Positions 26,901 to 41,900 of a stretch of 64,000 nucleotides of DNA are shown one piece after another. Location: positions 2,304,001-2,368,000 of the forward strand of contig OZ241986.1 in the NCBI GenBank assembly GCA_965204375.1, given 5' to 3'. Both the position numbers and the translations under genes were made by a program. The notes under the pieces were generated by a model, which saw only the letters and a list, made by a program, of their open reading frames with translations, did no database searches and was not told where the DNA came from. How positions within the stretch are numbered: the first letter of the stretch is position 1; each line of letters starts with the position of its first letter. This DNA comes from Candidatus Latescibacterota bacterium. GTDB taxonomy: Bacteria > Latescibacterota > UBA2968.

Positions 26901-29900
26901 CGTCGCTGTCACACTCACTATCGTTGCGCCGTCACCCTCACCAACTGACGAGGGAACCACCTTCAGAACCACCGAACTCGAAGCCGTCTGAGTTCCAGTT
27001 TCATCCGGCTCCGTATCATTATCCCTGATTGTCAGCGATGTCCCATTCACCGTCAGGCCCGGCGCTGTACCCTGGACAGTCACCGTCTCATCCCCTTCCA
27101 CAATCGAATCATTCACTGGCGTAATTGAAAACGTCCCTGTCCCATTCGTCTGACCCGTTGCTATCGTCACTGTGATCGCGCCCACCGCCCCATAATCGTC
27201 TGGCGAAGTCGCCGTCCCATCCGACACGCTCACCGTTACCGTCGTCACATCAGGCAATGCCGACCCGTTCAACATCGCCGTCACTGTCACCGTCTGTGCT
27301 CCGCCCTCCTCTGTCACGCTCCCCGGGTTCAGGCTCAACTGGATACCCGTTGGTGCCGTGTCATTGTCTGTAATCGTCAGCGACGTTCCGTTCACCGTCA
27401 GACCCGGCGTCGAACCCGTCACCGAAACCGTCTCGCTCCCTTCCACAATTGAATCATTCACTGGCGTAATCGTAAACGTCTCGGTACCACTCGTCTGTCC
27501 AGCAGCAATTGTCACCCTGAAGTCAGACACGGTACCATAGTCCGTGCCCTCCGTCGCGCTGTCACCGGCATCACCCACGCTCACCGTCACCAGCGTCTCC
27601 ACTGTCCGCGCATCTGCATTCAACCTCGCTGTCACGGTCACCGTCGTCGCGCCATCACCCTCACCAACTGACGAGGGAACCACCGTCAAAGACACCGAAC
27701 TCGAGACCGTCGGGGTTTCTGTCGGCTCCGTATCGTCATCCCTGATCGTCAGCGATGTCCCATTCACCGTCAGACCTGACGCACTACCACGCACTGAAAC
27801 CGTCTCATTACCCTCAGCAACCGAATCATTCACCGGCGTAATCGCAAACATCCCTGTTCCACTTGTTTGACCCGTTGCTATCGTCACCGTGAAGTTACTC
27901 ACCGCCCCATAATCGTCTGGCGAAGTCGCCGTCCCATCCGCTACGCTCACCGTCACCGTCGTCGCCACTGTCCGCGCTGACCCGTTCAGCATCGCCGTCA
28001 CAGTCACAGTCTGAGAACCGCCATCTTCTGTCACAGCATTCGGATTCAGACTCAGATCAATTCCCGTCGAAGCCATGTCATTATCGGTAATCGTCAACTC
28101 TGTATCCGTCACCGTCAGATCTGACGTCGAACCCGTCACCGTAACTGTCTCATTACCCTCCGCAAACGAATCATCATTCGGCGTTATGGTAAACGTCCCC
28201 GTCCCATTCGTCTGACCCGCTGCTATCGTCACCGTGACGTCATTCACCGATGCGTAGTCCGTGCCCTCCGTCGCACTATCACTGCCAGCACCCACAGACA
28301 CTGTCACCGTCGTCGCCACTGTCCGCGCATCCGCATTCAGCGTCGCTGTCACGGTCACCGTCGTCGCACTGTCACTCTCACCAACTGACGAGGGTACCAC
28401 CGCCAAAGCCACAGAACTCGAAGCCGTATCATCATCCCTTATTGTCAAACTCGCTGTATCACCTGTCAGACCTGACGCACTACCACGCACCGAAACTGTC
28501 TCATCCCCTTCCGCAACAGAATCATTCACCGGCGTAATCGTAAACGTCCCCATACCACTCGTCTGACCCGATGCGATCGTCACCGTAAAGTTACTCACCG
28601 ATCCATAATCGTCTGGCGAAGTCGCTGTCCCATCCGCCACGCTCACCGTCACTGTCGTCGCGCCTACCAGTACCGCGCCGTTCAGCATCGCCGTCACACT
28701 CACCGTCTGAGAACCGCCCTCCTCCGTCACGCTCTCCGGACTCAGGCTCAAAGCAATACCTGTCGATGCCGCATCATTATCCATAATTTTCAGACTCGCA
28801 CCCGTCACCGAAAGGGCACCCGCAGAGCCGTTCACCGACACCTGTTCTTCTCCCTCCGATATAGAATCGTCACTCGGCGTGATCGTAAACGTCCCGCTAC
28901 CACTGGTCTCTTCCCCGCCGATCATCACGGTGAAATCCGCTACGGTACCATAGTCCGTGCCCTCCGTGGCACTGTCACTGCCAGAACCCACGCTCACCGT
29001 CACCGTCGTCGCATCAGGCAATACCGACCCTGAAAGCGTTGCCGTCACGCTCACTGTCGTTGCAGAATCACCCTCACCTACCATAGCAGGGTCCACAGAA
29101 AGATCAACGGTCGGTGCTGTGTCATTGTCGGTAATCGTCAGTGACGTTCCATTCACCGTAAGACCTGACGTGCTACCACCCACCGAAACTGTCTCATTAC
29201 CCTCCGCAACTGAATCGTCACTCGGACTAATCGTAAACGTCCCACTACCACTTGATGAACCAGCAGCTATGGTCACCGTCACATCCGACACGGTACTATA
29301 GTCTGTACCTTCGGTCGCACTGTCATTGGTAGCCCCTATCGAGACCGTCACCGTCGTCGCCACCGTCCGCGCAGATTCATTCAACGTCGCTGTCACGCTC
29401 ACCGTCGTCGCGCTTGCACCCTCACCAACCGACGAGGGAGATACAGACAACGCCACCTCAGTCGAAGCCGTATCATCATCCGTCACAGACACCGCCACCT
29501 CATCCGCTGTGGTTACGCTACCATACCCACTCACCGTATGACTGATCGTAGCACTACCATTGTCTGCATCATCATCCGAAACCCCGCTCACCGTCACTGT
29601 CTGTGCTGTGCTCCAGTTGGTCGTCGTGAATGTCACAGTCACTGGGGACACTGTCGCCACACTTGTCGCACTACTCCTCGCACTCACCGTCACATTACCA
29701 CCTGGCTGACTACTCAGTTTCAGCGTATAGGTATTCGTGCTACCTTCACCCACCGTCAGCGTCTTCGGAGAAACCACCACACCTGCCATGTCGTCATCCG
29801 TAATCGTCAGTGACGTCCCATTCACCGTCAGACCTGACGTGCTACCACTCACCGAAACTGTCTCATTACCCTCCGCAACAGAATCATCACTCGGACTAAT

Positions 29901-32900
29901 CGTAAACGTCCCGCTACCACTTGTCTGACCCGATGAGATCGTCACCGTGACGTCATTCACAGATGCGTAGTCTGTACCCTCCGTCGCACTGTCACTGGTA
30001 GTTCCTATCGAGACCGTCACCGTCGTCGCCACTGTCCGCGCATCTGCATTCAGCGTCGCTGTCACACTCACCGTCGTTGCAGAATCATCCTCACCCACTG
30101 ACGAGGGAGATACCGACAACGCCACCGAACTGGATGCCGTCTCATCATCACGGATCGTCAAACTCGCTGTATCACCTGTCAGACCTGACACACTGCCACG
30201 CACAGAAACCGTCTCATTCCCCTCCGCAACAGAATCATTCACTGGACTAATTGTAAACGTCCCGCTACCACTCGTCTTCTCCGCTGCTATCGTTACGGTG
30301 ACATCCGACACAGCACCATAGTCCGTACCCTCTACCGCACTGTCACCACTCGCTCCGACAGACACCGTCACCGTCGTCGCACCCGGCAATGCTGACCCGT
30401 TCAACATCACCGTCACGCTCACCGTCACAGAACCACCATTTTCTGTCACACTATTCGGATTCAGACTCAACCCTATCCCGGTCGGCGACGTATCATTATC
30501 CATAATTTTCAGACTCGCACCCGTCACCGAAAGAGTGCCCGCAGAGCCGTTCACAGAAACCTGTTCTTCTCCTTCCGATATAGAATCGTCACTCGGCGTA
30601 ATCGTAAACGTCCCGCTACCACTTGACGAATTAGCTGCTATCGTTACGGTGACATCCGACACGGTACCATAGTCCGTGCCCTCTACCGCACTGTCACCAC
30701 TCGCTCCGACAGACACCGTCACCGTCGTCGCACCTGGCAGTACCGACCCTGAAAGCGTTGCCGTCACACTCACCGTCGTCGCGCTATCACCCTCACTAAC
30801 CATCGCAGGGTCCACAGAAAGATCAACGGTCGGTGCCGTGTCATTGTCTGTAATCGTCAGCGATGTCCCATTCACAGTCAGACCTGTGGCACTGCCACTC
30901 ACAGAAACCGTCTCGTTCCCTTCCAATATCGAATCGTCACTCGGCGTGATTGTAAACGTCCCGCTACCACTTGTATTCCCCGATGCTATCGTCACCGTCA
31001 CATCAGACACAGTACCATAGTCCGTGCCCTCGGTTGCACTGTCATTGGTAGCCCCTATCGAGATCGTCACCGTCGTCGCTACCGTCCGCGCAGATTCATT
31101 CAACGTCGCTGTCACACTCACCGTCGTCGCGCTTGCACCCTCACCTACCGACGAGGGAGATACAGACAACGCCACTGAACTGGAAGCCGTATCATCATCT
31201 GTTACAGACACCGCTACCTGATCCGCTGTGGTCACAGAGCCATATCCACTCACCGTATGACTGATCGTAGCACTGTCATTCTCTGCATCATCGTCCGCAA
31301 CCCCGCTCACTGTCACCGTCTGCGCTGTGCTCCAATTGCTTGAGGTGAATGTCACAGTCACTGGGGACACTGTCGCCACACTTGTCGCACTACTCCTCGC
31401 ACTCACTGTCACATTTCCACCTGGCTGGCTACTCAGTTTCAGCGTATAGGTATTCGTGCTACCCTCACCCACTGTCAGACTGGTTGGATTGACCACCACA
31501 CCTGCCGTCTCATCATCCGTCACAGACACCGCCACTTGATCCGCTGTGGTCACGGAGCCATACCCACTCACCGTATGGCTGATCGTAGCACTGTCATTGT
31601 CTGCATCATCATCCGAAACCCCACTCACTGTTACCGTCTGTGCATCACTCCAATTGCTTGAGGTGAATGTCACAGTCACTGGCGATACTGTCGCAACACT
31701 TGTCGCACTACTCCTCGCACTCACCGTCACATTCCCACCCGGCTTACTACTCAGCTTCAGCGTATAGGTCTTGCTCGAACCCTCATTTATCGTCAGACTG
31801 GTTGGATTGACTACCACACCTGCCACGTCGTCATCGGTAATCGTCAGCAATGTTCCATTCACCGTAAGACCTGACGTGCTACCATCCACCGAAACTGTCT
31901 CATTACCCTCCGCAACTGAATCGTCCGTCGGCGTGATTGTAAACGTCCCGCTACCACTTGATGAACCAGCAGCTATGGTCACTGTAACATCCGATACGGT
32001 ACCATAATCCGTACCCTCCGTTGCACTGTCACTGCCAGAACCCACGCTCACCGTCACCGTCGTCGCCACTGTCCGGACAGATTCATTCAACGTCGCTGTC
32101 ACGCTCACTGTCGTTGCAGAATCATCCTCACCAACCGACGAGGGAGATACAGACAATGTCACCTCAGTCGAAGCCGTATCATCATCAGTAACAGACACCG
32201 CTACCTGATCCGCTGTGGTCACAGAGCCATACCCACTCACCGTATGACTGATCGTCGCACTGCCATTCTCCGCATCGTCATCCGCAACCCCACTCACTGT
32301 CACTGTCTGTGCTGTGCTCCAATTGCTTGAGGTGAATGTCACAGTCGCTGGGGACACTGTCGCCACACTTACCGCACTACTCCTCGCACTCACCGTCACA
32401 TTCCCACCCGGCTTACTGCTCAGTTTCAACGTGTAGGTATTCGTCGATCCCTCATTTATCGTCAGACTGGTCGGATCAACCACCACACCTGCCACGTCGT
32501 CATCGGTAATCGTCAGCGACGTCCCATTCACCGTCAGACCTGACGTGCTACCACCCACCGAAACCGTCTCATTCCCCTCCGCAACTGAATCATCACTCGG
32601 CGTAATTGTAAACGTCCCGCTACCACTTGATGAACCAGCGGCTATGGTCACTGTAACATCCGCCACAGTACCATAGTCCGTACCCTCCGTTGCACTGTCA
32701 CTGCCAGAACCCACGCTCACCGTCACTGTCGTCGCCACCGTCCGGGCAGATTCATTCAGCGTCGCTGTCACCGTTACCGTCGTCGCGCTGTCATCTTCAC
32801 CTACCGACGAGGGAGATACAGACAACGCCACCTCAGTCGAAGCCGTATCATCATCAGTTACGGACACCGCCACCTCATCCGCTGTGGTTACGCTACCATA

Positions 32901-35900
32901 CCCACTCACCGTATGACTGATCGTGGCACTGCCATTCTCCGCATCACCGTCTTGAACCCCACTCACCGTCACGGTCTGTGCTGTGCTCCAATTGCTTGAG
33001 GTGAATGTCACAGTCACTGGGGACACTGTCGCAACACTTACCGCACTACTCCTCGCACTCACCGTCACATTACCACCCGGCTTACTGCTCAGTTTCAACG
33101 TATAGGTATTCGTGCTGCCCTCACCCACTGTCAGCGTCTTGGGGTCAACCACCACACCTGCCATGTCGTCATCGGTTACGGTGATGTCCACAGAGTCCAC
33201 TGTCAGGCTGGACGAATACTTGCTATCACTGCTGGCGGACTGATGACTGATCGTAGCACTGCCATTATCCGCATCATCATCCGAAACCCCACTCACCGTC
33301 ACGGTCTGTGCTGTGCTCCAATTGCTTGAGGTGAATGTCACAGTCACTGGGGACACTGTCGCCACACTTATCGCACTACTCCTCGCGCTCACCGTCACAT
33401 TTCCACCCGGCTTACTGCTCAGTTTCAGCGTATAGGTCTTCGTGTTGCCCTCACCCACTGTCAGGCTGGTTGGGTCAACCACCACACCTGCCATGTCATC
33501 ATCCGTAATCGTCAGTGACGTTCCGTTCACCGTCAGACCTGACGTGCTACCATCCACCGAAACCGTCTCATTCCCCTCCGCAACTGAATCATCACTCGGC
33601 GTGATTGTAAACGTCCCTGTTCCACTCGTCTTTCCCGCTGCTATCGTGACGGTGACATCAGACACAGTACCATAGTCCGTGCCCTCCGTTGCACTGTCAC
33701 TGCCATCCCCTATCGAGACTGTCACCGTCGTCGCCACTGTCCGCGCAGATTCATTCAGCGTCGCTGTCACCGTTACCATCGTCGCACTGTCATCCTCACC
33801 AACTGACGAAGGAGATACAGACAATGTCACCTCAGTCGAAGCCGTATCATCATCAGTGACGGATACCGCCACCTGATCCGCTGTGGTTACGCTACCATAC
33901 CCACTCACCGTATGACTGATCGTCGCACTGCCATTCTCCGCATCGTCATCCGCAACCCCACTCACTGTCACTGTCTGCGCTGTGCTCCAATTGCTGGAAG
34001 TGAATGTCACAGTCACTGGGGACACTGTCGCAACACTTGTCGCACTACTCCTCGCACGCACCGTCACATTCCCACCCGGCTTACTGCTCAGTTTCAACGT
34101 GTAGGTATTCGTGCTGCCCTCACCCACTGTCAGCGTCTTGGGGTCAACCACCACACCTGCCATGTCGTCATCGGTTACGGTGATGTCCACAGAGTCCACT
34201 GTCAGGCTGGACGAATACTTGCTATCACTGCTGGCGGACTGATGACTGATCGTGGCACTGCCATTCTCCGCATCATCATCCGCAACCCCGCTCACCGTCA
34301 CTGTCTGCGCTGTGCTCCAATTGCTTGAGGTGAATGTCACAGTCGCTGGGGACACTGTCGCCACACTTACCGCACTACTCCTCGCACTCACCGTCACATT
34401 CCCACCTGGCTTACTGCTCAGTTTCAACGTGTAGGTATTCGTGTTGCCTTCACCCACTGTCAGACTGGTTGGATTGACAACCACACCTGCCATGTCGTCA
34501 TCCGTAATCGTCAGCGACGTTCCGTTCACCGTCAGACCTGACGTGCTACCATCCACCGAAACCGTCTCATTCCCCTCCGCAACTGAATCGTCCGTCGGCG
34601 TGATTGTAAACGTCCCTGTTCCACTCGTCTTTCCCGCTGCTATCGTGACGGTGACATCAGACACAGTACCATAGTCCGTGCCCTCTACCGCACTGTCACT
34701 GCCATCACCTATCGAGACTGTCACTGTCGTCGCCACCGTCCGCGCATCTGCATTCAGCGTCGCTGTCACTGTCACGGTTGTCGCACTGTCATCCTCACCA
34801 ACCGACGAAGGAGATACAGACAACGCCACCTCGGTCGAAGCCGTATCATCATCACGGATCGTCAAACTCGATGTAGCACCTGTCAGACCCGACACACTGC
34901 CACGCACAGAAACCGTCTCATTACCCTCCGCAACTGAATCGTCCGTCGGCGTAATCGTAAACGTCCCGCTACCACTCGTCTTTTCCGATGCAATCGTCAC
35001 AGTGACATCAGACACAGTACCATAGTCCGTGCCCTCCGTTGCACTATCACTGCCAGAACCCACAGACACTGTCACCATCGTCGCACCCGGCAATGCCGAC
35101 CCGTTCAACATCACCGTCACGCTCACCGTCACAGAACCACCATTTTCTGTCACACTATTCGGATTCAGACTCAACCCTATCCCGGTCGGTGCCGCATCAT
35201 TATCCATAATTTTCAGACTCGCACCCGTCACCGAAAGAGTGCCCGCAGAGCCGTTCACAGAAACCTGTTCTTCTCCCTCCGATATAGAATCGTCCGTCGG
35301 CGTAATCGTAAACGTCCCTTTACCACTTGTCTTTCCCGCTGCGATCGTCACCGTCACATCAGACACAGTACCATAGTCCGTACCCTCCGTTGCACTGTCA
35401 CCGCTCGCTCCAACAGACACCGTCACCGTCGTCGCATCAGGCAGTATCGACCCTGAAAGCGTTGCCGTCACGCTCACTGTCGTCGCGCTATCACCCTCAC
35501 CTACCATCGCAGGGTCCACAGAAAGAACAATGGTCGGTGCTGTGTCATTGTCGGTAATTGTGCCAGTCGCTTCAAGCGTGCTCCCGCCACCTGATAGCGT
35601 CGCATTCACCGCATTGCTCAACGTCACCTTAAATGTCTCATTACCCTCATATATCGTGTCATCACTAATCGTCACACTAATCGCCTGACTCAGCCCACCC
35701 CCAGAACTGAACGTCACACGACCATCCGTCACTGCTGTATAGTCCTTGCCCGCCTCTGCCGTCCCATCCGCTGTCACCCAACTCACCGTCACGGCCTCGC
35801 TACTCGCCACACTCAAACTCACCGTAAACGTCAGCGTACCTGCACCCTCAGCAGCACTGGCAGAACCTATGCTAAGCACTGGCACTGTGGTTTCTGTAAT

Positions 35901-38900
35901 GCTCACCATCACACTTGAAGCTGTCTTACCACTATAGTCACCCGTGCTGCTGACACTATGCGTGACCGTCACTTGTGCATCCACCACCGCATCAGCGTCC
36001 GCAGCCGCACGGACCGTCACGGTCTGCGCTGTGTTCCAAGTATCTGCTGTGAACGTCAGACTCGTCGGACTTGCCGACACATCCGTCCCTGTCGGCACGC
36101 TCACACCAACCGTCACTGACGCTGTTGGTTTAGAGGTCAGTTTCACCGTATATATCTTACTCGAACCCTCATTTATCGTCAGACTGGTTGGATTGACTAC
36201 CACACCTGCCATGTCATCATCCGTAATCGTCAGTGACGTCCCATTCACCGTCAGACCTGACGTGCTACCACTCACTGAAACCGTCTCATTCCCTTCTGCA
36301 ACTGAATCGTCCGTCGGCGTGATTGTAAACGTCCCACTACCACTGGTCTTCCCCGATGCTATCGTGACGGTGACATCAGACACAGTACCATAGTCCGTGC
36401 CCTCCGTCGCACTGTCACTGCCAGAACCCACGCTCACCATCACTGTCGTCGCCACCGTCCGGGCAGATTCATTCAATGTCGCTGTCACACTCACTGTCGT
36501 CGCGCTGTCATCTTCACCAACCGACGAGGGAGATACAGACAACGCCACCTCAGTCGAAGCCGTATCATCATCCGTCACAGACACCGCCACCTCATCCGCT
36601 GTGGTTACGCTACCATACCCACTCACCGTATGACTGATCGTAGCACTGCCATTGTTTGCATCATCATCCGAAACCCCACTCACCGTCACTGTCTGCGCAT
36701 CACTCCAATTGCTGGAAGTGAACGTCACAGTCGCAGGGGACACTGTCGCCACACTTATCGCACTACTCCTCGCACTCACCGTTACATTTCCACCTGGCTT
36801 ACTGCTCAGTTTCAACGTGTAGGTATTCGTGCTGCCCTCACCCACTGTCAGCGTCTTGGGGTCAACCACCACACCTGCCGTCTCGTCATCGGTAACAGAC
36901 ACCGCTACCTGATCCGCTGTGGTCACAGAGCCATACCCACTCACCGTATGACTGATCGTCGCACTGCCATTGTTTGCATCATCATCCGAAACCCCACTCA
37001 CTGTCACTGTCTGCGCATCACTCCAATTGCTTGAGGTGAATGTCACAGTCGCAGGGGACACTGTCGCTACACTTACCGCACTACTCCTCGCACTCACCGT
37101 CACATTCCCACCCGGCTTACTGCTCAGTTTCAATGTGTAGGTATTCGTCGATCCCTCATTTATCGTCAGACTGGTCGGATCAACCACCACACCTGCCACG
37201 TCGTCATCCGTAATCGTCAGTGACGTCCCATTCACCGTCAGACCTGACGTGCTACCACTCACCGAAACCGTCTCATTACCCTCCGCAACTGAATCATCAC
37301 TCGGCGTAATTGTAAACGTCTCGCTACCACTCGTCTGACCCGATGATATCGTCACCGTCACATCAGACACAGTACCATAGTCCGTGCCCTCCGTCGCACT
37401 GTCACTGCCATCCCCTATCGAGACCGTCACCGTCGTCGCCACCGTCCGGACAGATTCATTCAACGTCGCTGTCACACTCACCGTCGTCGCGCTTGCACCC
37501 TCACCAACCGACGAGGGAGATACAGACAACGCCACTGAACTGGAAGCCGTATCATCATCAGTAACAGACACCGCCACCTTATCCGCTGTGGTCACAGAGC
37601 CATACCCACTCACCGTATGACTGATCGTGGCACTGCCATTCTCCGCATCATCGTCTTGAACCCCACTCACTGTCACCGTCTGTGCATCACTCCAATTGCT
37701 TGAGGTGAATGTCACAGTCGCTGGGGACACTGTCGCTACACTTATCGCACCACTACTCGCACTCACCGTCACATTACCACCAGGCTTACTGCTCAGTTTC
37801 AACGTGTAAGTCTTCGTCGATCCCTCACCTACTGTCAGACTGGTTGGATTGACAACCACACCTGCCGTCTCGTCATCGGTAACAGACACCGCTACCTGAT
37901 CCGCTGTGGTTACGCTACCATACCCACTCACCGTATGACTGATCGTCGCACTGCCATTGTTTGCATCATCATCCGAAACCCCACTCACTGTCACTGTCTG
38001 CGCATCACTCCAATTGCTGGAAGTGAATGTCACAGTCGCTGGGGACACTGTCGCTACACTTATCGCACTACTCCTCGCACTCACCGTTACATTACCACCT
38101 GGCTTACTGCTCAGTTTCAACGTGTAGGTATTCGTGTTGCCTTCACCCACTGTCAGCGTCTTGGGGTCAACCACCACACCTGCCATGTCATCATCCGTAA
38201 TCGTCAGTGACGTTCCGTTCACCGTCAGACCTGACGTGCTACCATCCACCGAAACCGTCTCATTCCCCTCCGCAACTGAATCATCACTCGGCGTAATTGT
38301 AAACGTCCCGCTACCACTTGATGAACCAGCGGCTATGGTCACTGTAACATCCGCCACAGTACCATAGTCCGTACCCTCCGTCGCACTGTCACTGCCATCC
38401 CCTATCGAGACTGTCACCGTCGTCGCCACCGTCCGGACAGATTCATTCAACGTCGCTGTCACACTCACCGTCGTTGCAGAATCATCCTCACCCACTGACG
38501 AGGGAGATACAGACAATGTCACCTCAGTCGAAGCCGTATCATCATCTGTTACGGATACCGCTACTTGATCCGCTGTGGTCACAGAGCCATACCCACTCAC
38601 CGTATGACTGATCGTCGCACTGCCATTATCCGCATCATCATCCGCAACCCCACTCACTGTCACCGTCTGTGCTGTGCTCCAATTGCTTGAGGTGAATGTC
38701 ACAGTCGCTGGGGACACTGTCGCCACACTTATCGCACTACTCCTCGCACTCACCGTCACATTCCCACCCGGCTGGCTACTCAGTTTCAGCGTATAGGTAT
38801 TCGTGCTACCCTCATCTACCGTCAGCGTCTTCGGGTCAACCACCACACCTGCCGTCTCGTCATCGGTAACAGACACCGCTACCTGATCCGCTGTGGTCAC

Positions 38901-41900
38901 AGAGCCATACCCACTCACCGTATGACTGATCGTCGCACTGCCATTGTTTGCATCATCATCCGAAACCCCACTCACTGTCACTGTCTGCGCATCACTCCAA
39001 TTGCTTGAGGTGAATGTCACAGTCGCAGGGGACACTGTCGCTACACCTATCGCACTACTCCTCGCACTCACTGTCACATTTCCACCTGGCTGGCTACTCA
39101 GTTTCAGCGTATAGGTATTCGTGCTACCCTCACCCACTGTCAGCGTCTTCGGGTCAACCACCACACCTGCCATGTCGTCATCCGTAATCGTCAGCGACGT
39201 TCCGTTTACCGTCAGACCTGACGTGCTACCACCCACAGAAACCGTCTCATTACCCTCCGCAAACGAATCGTCCGTCGGCGTGATTGTAAACGTACCGCTA
39301 CCACTCGTATTCCCCGATGCTATCGTCACGGTGACATCAGACACTGTACCATAGTCCGTGCCCTCCGTCGCACTGTCATTGGTAGCCCCTATCGAGATCG
39401 TCACCGTCGTCGTCACCGTCCTGGCAGATTCATCCAACGTCGCTGTCACGCTCACCATCGTCGCAGAATCATCCTCACCCACTGACGAGGGAGAAACCGA
39501 CAATGTCACCTCGGTCGAAGCCGTATCATCATCAGTTACGGATACCGCTACTTGATCCGCTGTGGTCACAGAGCCGTATCCACTCACCGTATGACTGATC
39601 GTGGCACTGCCATTCTCCGCATCATCGTCCGCAACCCCACTCACCGTCACTGTCTGCGCTGTGCTCCAATTGCTTGAGGTAAACGTCACAGTCACTGGGG
39701 ACACTGTCGCTACACTTACCGCACTACTCCTCGCACTCACCGTCACATTTCCACCCGGCTTACTGCTCAGTTTCAACGTGTAGGTCTTACTCGAACCCTC
39801 ACCCACTGTCAGACTGGTTGGATTGACAACCACACCTGCCGTCTCGTCATCAGTTACGGATACCGCCACCTCATCCGCTGTGGTTACGCTACCATACCCA
39901 CTCACCGTATGACTGATTGTAGCACTGCCATTGTCTGCATCGTCATCCGAAACCCCGCTCACCGTCACCGTCTGCGCTGTGCTCCAATTGCTTGAGGTGA
40001 ATGTCACAGTCGCAGGGGACACTGTCGCTACACTTACCGCACTACTCCTCGCACTCACCGTCACATTTCCACCCGGCTGACTGCTCAGCTTCAACGTGTA
40101 GGTATTCGTGCTACCCTCATCTACCGTCAGCGTCTTGGGGTCAACCACCACACCTGCCGTCTCGTCATCAGTTATGGTGATGTCCACAGAGTCCACTGTC
40201 AGACTGGACGAATACTTGCTATCACTGCTGGTGGACTGATGACTGATCGTCGCACTGTCGTTGTTCGCATCATCATCCTGAACCCCACTCACCGTCACTG
40301 TCTGTGCTGTGCTCCAATTGTCTGAGGTAAATGTCACAGTCACTGGGGACACTGTCGCCACACTTGTCGCACTACTCCTCGCACTCACCGTTACATTACC
40401 ACCAGGCTTACTGCTCAGTTTCAGCGTATAGGTATTCGTGCTGCCCTCATCTACCGTCAGCGTCTTCGGAGCAACCACCACACCTGCCATGTCGTCATCC
40501 GTAATCGTCAGTTCCGTCCCATTCACCGTCAGACCTGTGGCACTGCCACTCACCGAAACCGTCTCATTCCCCTCCGCAACTGAATCGTCCGTCGGCGTGA
40601 TTGTAAACGTACCGCTACCACTTGTCTGACCCGATGCGATCGTCACCGTCACATCCGACACGGTACCATAGTCCGTGCCCTCTACCGCACTGTCACTGGT
40701 AGTTCCTATCGAGACTATCACCGTCGTCGCCACCGTCCGGGCAGATTCATTCAACGTCGCTGTCACCGTTACCGTCGTCGCGCTGTCATCTTCACCTACC
40801 GACGAGGGAGATACAGACAACGCCACCTCAGTCGAAGCCGTATCATCATCAGTTACGGACACCGCCACCTCATCCGCTGTGGTTACGCTACCATACCCAC
40901 TCACCGTATGACTGATTGTAGCACTGCCATTCTCCGCATCATCATCCGAAACCCCGCTCACTGTCACCGTCTGTGCTGTGCTCCAATTGCTTGAGGTGAA
41001 TGTCACAGTCACTGGGGACACTGTCGCCACACTTATCGCACTACTCCTCGCACTCACCGTCACATTCCCACCTGGCTTACTGCTCAGTTTCAACGTGTAA
41101 GTATTCGTCGATCCCTCACCCACTGTCAGCGTCTTCGGGTCAACCACCACACCTGCCGTCTCGTCATCCGTCACAGACACCGCCACTTGATCTGCTGTGG
41201 TCACGGAGCCATACCCACTCACCGTATGACTGATTGTAGCACTGCCATTGTCTGCATCATCATCCGCAATCCCGCTCACCGTTACCGTCTGTGCTGTGCT
41301 CCAATTGCTTGAGGTGAACGTCACAGTCACTGGGGACACTGTCGCCACACTTATCGCACTACTCCTCGCACGCACCGTCACATTTCCACCCGGCTTACTG
41401 CTCAGTTTCAGCGTATAGGTCTTCGTGTTGCCCTCACCCACTGTCAGGCTGGTTGGGTCAACCACCACACCTGCCATGTCGTCATCCGTAATCGTCAGTG
41501 ACGTTCCGTTCACCGTCAGACCTGACGTGCTACCATCCACCGAAACCGTCTCATTCCCCTCCGCAACTGAATCATCACTCGGCGTGATTGTAAACGTCTC
41601 GCTACCACTCGTCTGACCCGATGCGATCGTCACCGTCACATCCGACACAGTACCATAGTCCGTGCCCTCCGTCGCACTGTCACTGCCATCCCCTATCGAG
41701 ACCGTCACCGTCGTCGCCACCGTCCGGGCAGATTCATTCAACGTCGCTGTCACGCTCACTGTCGTTGCAGAATCATCCTCACCAACCGACGAGGGAGATA
41801 CAGACAATGTCACCTCAGTCGAAGCCGTATCATCATCCGTCACAGACACCGCTACTTGATCCGCTGTGGTCACAGAGCCATACCCACTCACCGTATGACT